In this document: in pieces, positions 53,878 to 64,000 of the stretch | Layout of the letters: every line of letters begins with the position of its first letter | How positions within the stretch are numbered: position 1 is the stretch's first letter | From: Eledone cirrhosa | Lineage: Eukaryota | Assembly: GCA_964016885.1 (NCBI GenBank) | Contig: OZ024756.1 | Location: forward strand, 23,002,001-23,066,000 | Reading direction: 5' to 3' | DNA length: 64,000 nt | Position numbers and translations under genes: made by a program | The notes under the pieces: generated by a model | What the model was told of the DNA's origin: nothing | What the model saw: the letters and a program-made list of their open reading frames with translations, nothing else | The model's database searches: none

Positions 53878-53880
<3 letters not shown>

Positions 53881-54070
53881 CGAAGGAAGTGTGGTAAGGA
53901 ACCAAGTGGACCATAACGCACCAGAGTACTCGATATTTTGGGTAGTAGAGTGGGTAATAGGAAAAGAGTCAGGGCCCCGACGGCTGAGTTCCGGTCGTTT
54001 CGACAGCTAGTTCTGAACTAGCTGTCGAAACGGCCGGAGCTCAGCCGTCGTGGTCCTGACTCTTTTCCTA
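53878..54070 (-). mobile_element. Family B hammerhead-derived fold-back cassette
   Basis: Tail plus palindrome centred on gacagctagttc t gaactagctgtc-GAAA-cggc cggagctca gccg-TC. Confidence 0.85.
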
Positions 54071-54571
54071 TATATATATGTATATATATATATATTAGTT
54101 CTTAAAGAGATGGATTCGTAATCGTGAGCTTGCGTGTTCGATTGAACAAGTCACTTTATCTCACGTTTTTATGCCAGGAATTGCGACCGGTAGATAGTAC
54201 CAACAATGGAAAGACCAATTGAGACATAGTTTCCTTGGGCCGATTTGATGAGTTCCACTGCACTAGGTAAACGAATGAGGTCTGGGATCTGTTCCATTGT
54301 TCCTCTTTTTTCGTAAGTGTAAATGCGTATCTCACACATCAGTGGCACACACACAGAATTATGAAGAGGCTAACGGACACCATCGACAACCCAAGTGCAG
54401 GAAAACTAGGACTTGTCTTGGGAAAACTTAAATGCAGGGTGGATGAGGGCATCTGATCAAAGATAAAAGGGAGAAATGATCGAAGCCAAAATACGACATC
54501 TGGATGAAGGAAGGGAGTAATAAAGGAAGGAAGGAGCGCCAGGGCTGTAGGATTTTTGATCAGAGTGATCT

Positions 54572-54615
<44 letters not shown>

Positions 54616-55005
54616 TGGTAGTGATGTGGCTGGTTGTGGTGGTGGTGGTGGTAGTTGTTGTGATGATGGATGTCGGTGGTGCCAGAATTGTTGTTGATTT
54701 TGTTGATATATCATATATTCCCTCATTAGATAGTATTCAGATCTGAGAGCGGTCGGACAGTCTTACAACAACAACAACAACAACAACAATAATAAGAATG
54801 GCAATAATAATAATTTCAAATCAAATCAAATCTCCAATCTCAATATTCATCCAACGACATTTCGGTTGAGTTGATCGAGAAAAGAGGTCAAACAATTATA
54901 GGTTGAACTCTAACATACATACACTGGTGAATCTTACCTAAATAGTTCTATCTGTCCTAACATACTCTCAAACAATAGATGAAATTGTATTTCATAATCT
55001 AATTG

Positions 55006-55044
<39 letters not shown>

Positions 55045-55209
55045 CGAAAGGAAGACAAAGAAAGAAAGAGAAAGAACGGGAAATGCCCCTTCCTGACTTT
55101 TCTAGTGATTTCCGGTTAAGTTGCCTTTTATTTTCAAACACACACATTATACGTATATATATACATATACATACATACAAACACACACATAAACACACGC
55201 ACACATATA

Positions 55210-55241
<32 letters not shown>

Positions 55242-55402
55242 CACACACACACATACATATATACACACACACACATACATATATACACACACACACACAT
55301 ACATATATACACACACATACATATATACATACACACATACACACACACATACACATACATATATACACACACACATACATATATACACACACGCACACAC
55401 AC

Positions 55403-55433
<31 letters not shown>

Positions 55434-55883
55434 CATACATACATACATACATACATACATACATAGGCTCGGTAGTGACATACTGCATGTCTTGGAGATT
55501 TTTAAGCCTATCGGAGTCTATCCCCTCTTCAGATTTGAACCAAAGTGATTCCATCTAGAGAAGGAGAAAGTGAGAGAAGGATAGTGTATGAGAGAAAGTG
55601 AGGGAGATATAGCAGAAGAATTTACCCCAGTATTGGACTGGTATTTCTTTTAATCCATGTGCACTTGTGTCCTAATTAGACTAATTTTCATAGTAAGAAA
55701 ACCTCAGTTGGTAACTTTAAGTTGGATTGAAATTTAAAAATTCTTAACTCATTCAACAGTTCTGAAAATGAACTGTTTCCCAAGAGATGGTGAAACAAAC
55801 AAACCTGCTTTTTCTCGAAGAAATTCTTTTCGATTCTACCCCTGCTCACTCTCCTCTTTCTTTCTATTTCTTCTTCTCATTCT

Positions 55884-55921
55884 ATTTTCTGATGAAAGAC
55901 TAGCGTCCGAAACGTAAACAT
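55884..55921 (+). ncRNA. Minimal type I hammerhead (degenerate)
   Basis: atttt-CTGATGA-aagac tagc gtcc-GAAA-cg-TA-aacat, just before (TA)n. Confidence 0.55.
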
Positions 55922-55948
55922 TTTCTTTCAACTATATTAAGCCGGAAA

Positions 55949-56020
<72 letters not shown>

Positions 56021-56063
56021 TTGTACTTCATCGTCTTTCGTGTTTTCCATTCAATTTTCGCCG

Positions 56064-56121
<58 letters not shown>

Positions 56122-56139
56122 TATACATATATATATATA

Positions 56140-56545
56140 TTATTATATTTGAGGAGGGTCATATTGTTATAATAATATTGCAAGAAATAATAACAGAACA
56201 CACTCACTGTTTGGTTGGTTTAAAGTGGCGTAGACATACAATACAACAGGAGGTACAATAATACCACTGATGATGTTGCAGATGTGCAACGAAAGAACTT
56301 TGTTAGACTACATATATGTGTTTATATCTATATTTTGACTATTGGTCAGTCAATGATAAACATTGAGGACCAAATGAATTAACTGTGGAGATATAAAAGA
56401 TACAGATACAGAAGGGAAAACCAACCAAACAGTGAGTGTGTTCTGTTATTATTTCTGGCAATATTATTACAACAATATGACTCTCCCCAAGTATAACAAT
56501 ATTTGTTTCGACACACGATTTCATATAAAAAACCTTGGAAAACAA
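56140..56545. mobile_element. (TA)n-flanked element with about 80-bp inverted arms and a partial HHR core in the spacer
   Basis: 56141-56222 inverted versus 56418-56498; CTGATGA-t-gttgca gatg tgcaac-GAAA at 56267-56294. Confidence 0.75.
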
Positions 56546-56568
56546 ATATATATATATATATATAATAA

Positions 56569-56744
56569 CTTTCACCGTATGTTTGACTAAAGGAATTTTA
56601 GCCTGATAATGGGGTTTAGAACCATCAGATAAATGGAAAAAGATGAATATTGACGTACATCAATACTCATCTTTTTCCATTTATCTGAGGGTTCTAAACC
56701 CCATTATCAGGCTAAAATTCCTTTAGTCAAACATACGGTGAAAG
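56569..56744. repeat. Fold-back palindrome (85-bp arms, 6-nt loop) in (TA)n
   Basis: 56569-56653 versus 56660-56744 with two mismatches; one-sided extension to 56800. Confidence 0.95.
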
Positions 56745-56796
56745 CTATTCTATTTTCTAATTTCAAAACTGCTCACTGTTTCAAAACATACGTACT

Positions 56797-56827
<31 letters not shown>

Positions 56828-56832
<5 letters not shown>

Positions 56833-57098
56833 TCAAATGTATATATATATATATATATATTTATTCAAAGGTATATATATATATATATTTATTCAAATGT
56901 ATATATATATATATATATTTATTCAAATGTATACATATATATATATATATATATTTATTCAAATGTATACATATATATATATATTTATTCAAATGTATAC
57001 ATATATATATATATATTTATTCAAATGTATACATATATATATATATATATATATATTTATTCAAATGTATACATATATATATATATATATTCAAATGT

Positions 57099-57136
<38 letters not shown>

Positions 57137-57336
57137 TCAAATGTATACATATATATATATATTTATTTATTCAAATGTATACATATATATATATATATAT
57201 TCAAATGTATACATATATATATATATATTCAAATGTATATATATATATATATATATATTTAAATGTATATATATATATATATTTAAATGTATATATATAT
57301 ATATATATTCAAATGTGTATATATATATATATTCAA

Positions 57337-57396
<60 letters not shown>

Positions 57397-57410
57397 ATGT
57401 ATATATATAT
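56828..57410. repeat. Compound minisatellite attcaaatgt(atac)+(AT)n of variable length
   Basis: About 17-18 copies of the constant motif separated by (AT)n. Confidence 0.9.
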
Positions 57411-58070
57411 ATATAAATAGTAATAATAATAAATTTGAAGACTAAAATCCAAAGAGGGCTCGGTATACGTATGTATATATATAAATATGTGCGCGTGTTT
57501 GTGTGTGCGCCTGTATGTGAGTGTGTGCGTGTGTATATGCATTACGTGACTATGTGTGTGCCCCTAAAATGAATCTAATCGCCGATTTCGTTGAACTAAT
57601 ATTCCAGATATCGATCATTCTTCTCAATCAATATCAATGTAAATGAAAGGAAATCAATAATTGTTTTCATATTCGTAATTAAGCCAATGTATTAGGTAAA
57701 TCTATTAAGTTAATAGATTAAAGAGATCATTATTCTTTGTGGTCAACCGTCTTCAAATGTCATTGGCGTTACTATGTATACAACATTACTCTAAAAGTTA
57801 TATGTTTGTACATATATAATATAAAGTAGCCACACAACAAATATAGACATACCCGCAAATATATATATATAAATATCTGTGTGTGTGAGTTAGTGTGCAC
57901 ATATATATATATATGTGTGTGTGTTAGTGTATATATACACCTGTGTGTGTGTATGTTAGTTGCTTCTCTTACATGTTGAACAAACATGTATATGTTAATA
58001 ACCAATTATTAATGTTAAAAGCCTCATGTTCGGTTATTAATTCCATATGGGGTGTGTGTGTGTGTCTGTA

Positions 58071-58118
<48 letters not shown>

Positions 58119-58397
58119 TGGGGGGGGGGTTAGTCATATCGGTATGTTTACTGAAGATATGTGTTTAGATTGGCTGTTTTGGTTGCCTGGAATGGAAATC
58201 GAATTGTCTGTTAATGGGAGCGCTAAACCATCCATGGAGAGACTCGGGAATGACGAAAATTCTATATTTGTGTGTCTTATGCACGAAATTGCAATGACCA
58301 GAATGTAACCGATCAAGGAGATTGGTGCTAGTGTTCGTTCGTGTTGCGTTTCCACTTTCCCGTATGCAACAATGCAATATACACACATATATAATAT

Positions 58398-58487
<90 letters not shown>

Positions 58488-58489
58488 GT

Positions 58490-58681
58490 ACGTTATTCCG
58501 GCTTGAATTGGAGGTAACCACAGTAAGTAAGGTACTCAATACATTGCAGAGTATAAAAGTTTTAATATAGATGAGATTCTACAGGACTAGAACTGTTTCA
58601 TTCTTTAGAAATCATCAGGAATCATCAGGGATTCCTGATGATTTCTAAAGAATGAAACAGTTCTAGTCCTGTAGAATCTCA

Positions 58682-58690
<9 letters not shown>
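58490..58690. mobile_element. Family A hammerhead cassette (minus 58575-58623, plus 58630-58678)
   Basis: gattc-CTGATGA-tttc taaa gaat-GAAA-cag ttctagtc ctg-TA-gaatc on both strands; close to 9897-10087. Confidence 0.88.
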
Positions 58691-58718
<28 letters not shown>

Positions 58719-58825
58719 TAATTTAAGATATCGTAACATGTATATGTATGCTGGTTGTTTTTCTTCGTAGAAAAGCTCAATGCTCAAAAGATATATGTGT
58801 ATATATATATACATACTAATTTGTT

Positions 58826-58912
<87 letters not shown>

Positions 58913-58915
<3 letters not shown>

Positions 58916-59187
58916 GGTCTTTACGAAGGTCCGACTTCCACAGCGATCTCAAGCTGTGGCACGCCGCCCAGGCTTTGCACTTCCTCTCGACCACATCATC
59001 TTCCGTATTCCCAATCTTTGCTCCCAAATACATGGATACACTGGAAGAGGAAGACCAAGGTTGACATATGTTAATGCCCTAAGGACAGACACTGGTCTCT
59101 TGGAGATGCAGGACATGGCAGCGATGATGAGGGACAGAGACCGCTGGAGAGAACTCGTCCATGAATCTCGAGAATTTTACTCACCCT
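58913..59187. mobile_element. 5'-inverted RTE LINE insertion in (TA)n
   Basis: Minus 58913-59033 [35 protein letters not shown]; plus 59031-59187 [30 protein letters not shown]. Confidence 0.85.
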
Positions 59188-59208
59188 AGATATATATGTA
59201 TATATATA

Positions 59209-59390
59209 TAACGAAGGAGTTGTGGTAAGGAACCAGATGGACCATAACGCACCAGCGTACTCAATACTTAGGTCATAGGAAAAAGTATGACCCCGACGGC
59301 AGAGCTGAAGCCGTTTCGACGACTATTTCTGGACTGAAATAGCCGTCGAAACGGCTTGAGCTCTGCCGTCGGGGTCATACTTTTTCCTAT
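59209..59390 (-). mobile_element. Family B hammerhead-derived fold-back cassette
   Basis: Palindrome around loop tggact (59330-59335), the reverse complement of the agtcca loop at 20178. Confidence 0.85.
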
Positions 59391-60169
59391 ATGTATATGT
59401 ACAGAGAGAGAGACAGAGAATGAACCATATATCGATTGAGAAAGACAATATTTTATGCATATATATAAAGCATATAATATTTAGGAAAAGTACAAACTTT
59501 AAAGCGGAAAAGTTCATATTTTCCTCACATACTGTTTCATATTTCGTACACCGAAACAAAAATCGATCTGAGTCGATTATCGATTACCAAGTATCGATTT
59601 TGGTAAAGCTAAGAAAGACGCGAAACTAATCACAAGCTGTTAACAAAGGCACGTGACAAAAACATCCAAAGGCTGCAGAGAGTTAGATACTCCCCGGGCA
59701 TTGCCACATCCGGTGATGTAACTCACTCAGTCCTGTTACTTTTCTGGCACACCTTTTATGCGACTCTCAACAATACACACATTGTTGTGAAAAATGAATT
59801 GCCAAGTGAATAACAAGGAGATTGTATCAATGTATGGAGCAATGATGAAGAGCTTCCAAATACAAGAATACCGAAAATACTCTTTAATCTTTGTAGCCAT
59901 TGTCATTTGAGGTAGAGGATAGAGCGACAATTTAGTAGTCAGTAGAGGAATTGAAATTGTGGTTGTTGGAGATTGAAACTAGCTGAATAATGTACACGGT
60001 TGAGATGATTGATCACCATGTATCTGTGATAGTATAAATCATTTAAGTTCTGGGTGAAAACGTTCGAAGATGAAGACTACGAAAATATAGACGAAAACGT
60101 CAGTTAAATATACGATTATTGTGAATCACTAAAACTTCCAATTTTCTACAAATCTTTACCAACGATTCA

Positions 60170-61061
60170 ATTGACTTACCCCTCCACCCAAATTGTTGGC
60201 CTTGTGCCTAAATCAGAAACCATTATTATTTAGGTGGGTTGGCAGTATCGGTAGAGCGTCGGACAACATGCTTCGTGCCATAGAGTTACGGTCCTTGCCA
60301 TTCTGAGTTCAAATCCCGCTGAGGTTACCTTTGCCTTTCATCCTTACGGGGTCGATAAAATAAATTACCAGTAATATACTGGGTAACTGCTGGCCTTGTG
60401 CCAAAAGTAGAAACAATTATTATTTAGGTAACTGAGGCGCTAGACTGACAGTATCGGCAGAACATCGAACAATATAATTTGCGGTATACAGTTACGACTT
60501 TCTACGTTTTGAGTTCAAATCCTGCCAAAGTTAGTGTTGCCTTACATCGTTACTGGGTGGATAAAATAAAGTACTAGTAAAGCACTAGGGTCGATATATT
60601 CGTCTTTAACCCTTTCCTTCAAATTGCAGGCATTGTGCTTCGTTTAGAAATTATTATTTAACTAAATAATTGTATTTTCTGTATTTTGGTTAAATTAACT
60701 TGGCTTACATTTCGTTGTCGGAAAGGAAAGTGTAGGGAAAAATTATAATATAATATAATATAAAAATATAATATAATTGTTTCTACTTTTGGCACAAGGC
60801 CAGCAATTACCCAGTACATTACTGGTTATGACATAATATAATATAATATAATATAATATAATATTATGAACATAATATAATTGTTTCTATTTTAGGCACA
60901 AGGCCAGCAATTAACCAGTACATTACTGGTACTTTATTTTATCGACCCCGTAAGGATGATAGGCAAAGTTAACCTCGGCGGGATTTGAACTCAGATCATA
61001 AAGGGACGTAACTCTATGCTTCAAAGCATGGTGTCCGACTCTCTACCGATACTGCCAATCC
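60170..61061. mobile_element. SINE-A cluster (plus 60170-60225, 60232-60416, 60435-60650; minus 60778-60826, 60882-61061)
   Basis: Consensus matches; TSD attattatttaggt around 60232-60416. Confidence 0.9.
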
Positions 61062-61571
61062 ATAAGCCAATGTATTTATTTCATAGCGTCAAAATTAACC
61101 GACCAGACATTATAGGGTAAGATAAAGGATTTTGTTTTTTTAGCTCTTCTTTGATTGAATTCAAGTTGCACGGATTACAACCACATAAATGAAATAACAG
61201 AATACTAATTAAGATAATGAATCCATTTAGCTGTCTCTCTCTATTCATTCTATACAAATGATTTATAACTACAATAAATGTTTTGTTTCTTTCGAGTGGA
61301 AGGACGTGCTTTTGAATTTATTTATTTTATTGTATAAATTTATGAGGTTCTTTTAATTTATTGTACTGTATAAATCTATTTACATATTTTAATTCGTTTA
61401 TAGTATAATAGATTAGCAGAATCGGTGTAGCGTCAGATAAAATATTTTATGATATTTAAAACGGTTCTTTATGTTCTGATTTTAAATCACCAACGTCAAC
61501 TTAGTCTCTCGTCCTTCCAGTTAAATAGAGTACTTGAGTCGGCATAATCCACGTTTTTCCACTCCCTAAAA

Positions 61572-61775
61572 TGTCGTGGGTTCGATTCCTGGGCTGGGTT
61601 ACGTATTGTGTTCTTGAGCAAAACACTTTCTGTCACATTGGTCCTGTATATTCAGTTGAACATGAGTACCAGGAATAGCTGGGAGTTTAACCCTGCGACG
61701 GACTAGCGTCCTATCCAGAGAGAAGACTTGTACTCTCAGTCGCCTCACGTCACGAAACCGGGATAAACATCGACC
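61572..61775 (+). mobile_element. 5'-truncated CORE-like tRNA SINE
   Basis: B box GGTTCGATTCC, gtgttcttgagcaaaacacttt, aaccctgcgacggactagcgtcctatccag. Confidence 0.65.
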
Positions 61776-63269
61776 TAACGAGCTTTCTGGCTGGAGACAG
61801 ACTTTAGGCTTAGACTAAAAATTATTTGACATGTGCTGAAATCTAAGAACATCATTTTATTGCTTGACCAACAATCTCGTTAAAGCTTCCGAGAAAGTAT
61901 TTTTAAATATTATTTCAGACATTTTTTGTGTTCTAAGTTCAAACGCTGCTGATCATCCTTGTGGAAAATCGATAAAATACAGTTCTCATCAAATACTGGT
62001 TTCGATATAACCTACCTTCTACTCGCGCCAAATTGCTGGATTTGTGCATAAACTAGAAATCATTACGGGGTCGATAAAATAAAGTACCAGTAATGCACTG
62101 GGTAATTGCTGGCCTTGTGCCTAAAGTAGAAACAATTATTTATTGGTTGTTTGAGGTTGATTTGTTTGTTTTTTTTTACGTTTCTTTATTTGCGTATAAT
62201 AATATAAGTTGGCGATTTTTAACTGCGTGTATCAAGTTTAAAATACATTCACAGTAGGGTCAACACAAAGGGTTGACGACCGTAATATATTACCTCAAAC
62301 ACAACACCATGGTGAGTATGACGTATTCGGTGAGTATGAAGGCCTTAAAACATTTGTCCTTTTAAATGTGTGTTTTGGTTGTTGTTGTTTTGTTTTTTTT
62401 CTTTTTAGTTTTATACTTATATATTTAACTGTTCGTTGCAATGTAATTTTAGTCCATTATAGATGAACATGAACTTTTTACATTGCAGTGAGTTCTACTT
62501 GCCTCACAAGCTAATATACATTATAACATTTAATGTGCTATGGATCTGGGAATATCATATTACTATCTCCATCGCCGCCATCAAGTTCTTCGTTATCCTT
62601 TTCAATCCAAATAAACTTCGTCACCAATGCAATCATAATTATAAATATCATTATTATTATTAGTAGTAGTAGTAGTAGTAGTAGTAGTTACTATTGTTAT
62701 TATTATTATTATTAAGATTATTATTATTATCATTATCACAACCTTAGTAATTGTCACCTTTATCAACACCACCATCATCCATTTTCACAGCTTTAGCATC
62801 ATTTTGATCGTAATCCTTTTTGATGACCCGTAATGTCACATCTATAATCCTTTTCATCCTAATCACTATCAATCATCACCATCAAGCATCATCATCACCA
62901 TCATCATCATCGCCATCATCATAGCCATCATTTCCTCCATATCAATAACAAATTTTCCACACATCACCACCACCAGAACCATCACAAGAATCATCAACTT
63001 TATTAACAATATCACCACCACCATCATCTTTACTGCCATCACCATCACAATCACCACCATCTTTAATACCAACATCACCACCTCCATCATCGCCTTCATC
63101 ATTATTATAAACACCCCCACCACCATCGCCATCACCTTTATTATCAATATCACCATTACAATCTTCGTAATAAACCTCTTTGTTTGTAGGGGTTTTGATA
63201 TTGTAGTTGGTGTTGAGTTTGCTGTGCTGGATATAAGGTAAGTAATGCAATTTGTTGGTTTGCCTGTCG

Positions 63270-63710
63270 ATCCAAGTAGCTTTCTGTGTCTTGATCTACG
63301 CTTTCATCCGAATAGTATCTCGCTCCCATGAGCTACCTATTGATCCAAGTATAGTTTATTTGTCTTGATCTATGTTTTGATCCGACTATTATTTCTTTGT
63401 TGGTGGATTGGCAGTATCGGTAGAGAGTCGGACACCATGCTTTGCAGCATAGAGTTACACCCCTTTATGGTCTGAGTTCAAATCCCGCCGAGGTTAACTT
63501 TGCCTTTCATCCTTATAAGGTCGATAAAATAAAGCACCAGTAATGCGCAGGGATAATTGCTGGCCTTGTGTCAAAAATAGAAACAATTATTTCTCTGTCA
63601 TGATCTACCTATTGAGCCGAGTATAGTTTCTGTGTCTTCATCTATGCTTTGATCCGAGTATCATTTCTCTATCATGAGCTACCTATTGATCCGATTATAG
63701 TTTCTGCGTC
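63270..63710. repeat. About 70-bp tandem repeat interrupted by SINE-A (63402-63585, plus strand)
   Basis: Unit gagctacctattgatccaagtatagtttctgtgtcttgatctatgctttgatccga; SINE TSD attatttct(t/c)tgt. Confidence 0.85.
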
Positions 63711-63810
63711 ATGATGTGTGTGTGTGAGTGTGTGTGAGTGTGTGTGAGCGTGTTGGTTGATTGGTTTCTTTGATTATTTTATTTGTTTTGATCTGTGTAT
63801 CTTTCTATGT

Positions 63811-63999
63811 TTATTTTTTCTTCTTTAATCTACCTTTAAATTTGTGCATTTTTGTTGATCCACATTTTGCTGTGGTGGATTTTTTATCTTCATCTGAGCA
63901 TATGTTGATTAATGCAAACACTTCATCATTCGATCGTCGTTCCAGCAATGTCCATACTGCCTTTGATTCTTGTACATTCATTTTAGGTGAGGAGGTCCC
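63811..63999 (-). other. Open frame entering from beyond the window end; possible terminal coding exon
   Basis: GTSSPKMNVQESKAVWTLLERRSNDEVFALINICSDEDKKSTTAKCGSTKMHKFKGRLKKKK*; non-repetitive, no recognised domain. Confidence 0.25.
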
Positions 64000-64000
64000 A

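Noticed and set aside
56828-57410. CRISPR-like constant motif with variable spacers
   Set aside because: Spacers are only (AT)n of different lengths, the context is eukaryotic, and there are no cas genes

Overview
AT-rich, microsatellite-dense, non-coding animal DNA. The repeat style suggests an octopod cephalopod, which is inference only. No intact host protein-coding gene is supported; nearly all ORFs in the track are translations of simple repeats. Recognisable content: (1) about 35 copies of one tRNA-derived SINE with ATTAT-starting target-site duplications, plus a few copies of other tRNA-derived SINEs. (2) Decayed LINEs: an R4/Dong-type RT+RLE element (6953-9822, second fragment near 39.2-39.8 kb), several RTE fragments, a CRE-type 3' end, and a Penelope-like (PLE) RT relic (28385-29250) missed by the ORF track. 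(3) A 5S rRNA retrocopy fused to a SINE and a U6 retrocopy. (4) Several minisatellites. (5) Most notable: a dense, multi-family set of short type I hammerhead ribozyme (HHR) cassettes sitting in (TA)n microsatellites. Many are fold-back palindromes whose inversion points coincide with ribozyme landmarks, and one is a terminally redundant 484-nt unit with an intact HHR (retrozyme-like). A 107-bp tandem array is an amplified copy of an RTE 5' leader that may be an HDV-like ribozyme. All folds were read by eye, and boundaries are approximate unless stated.
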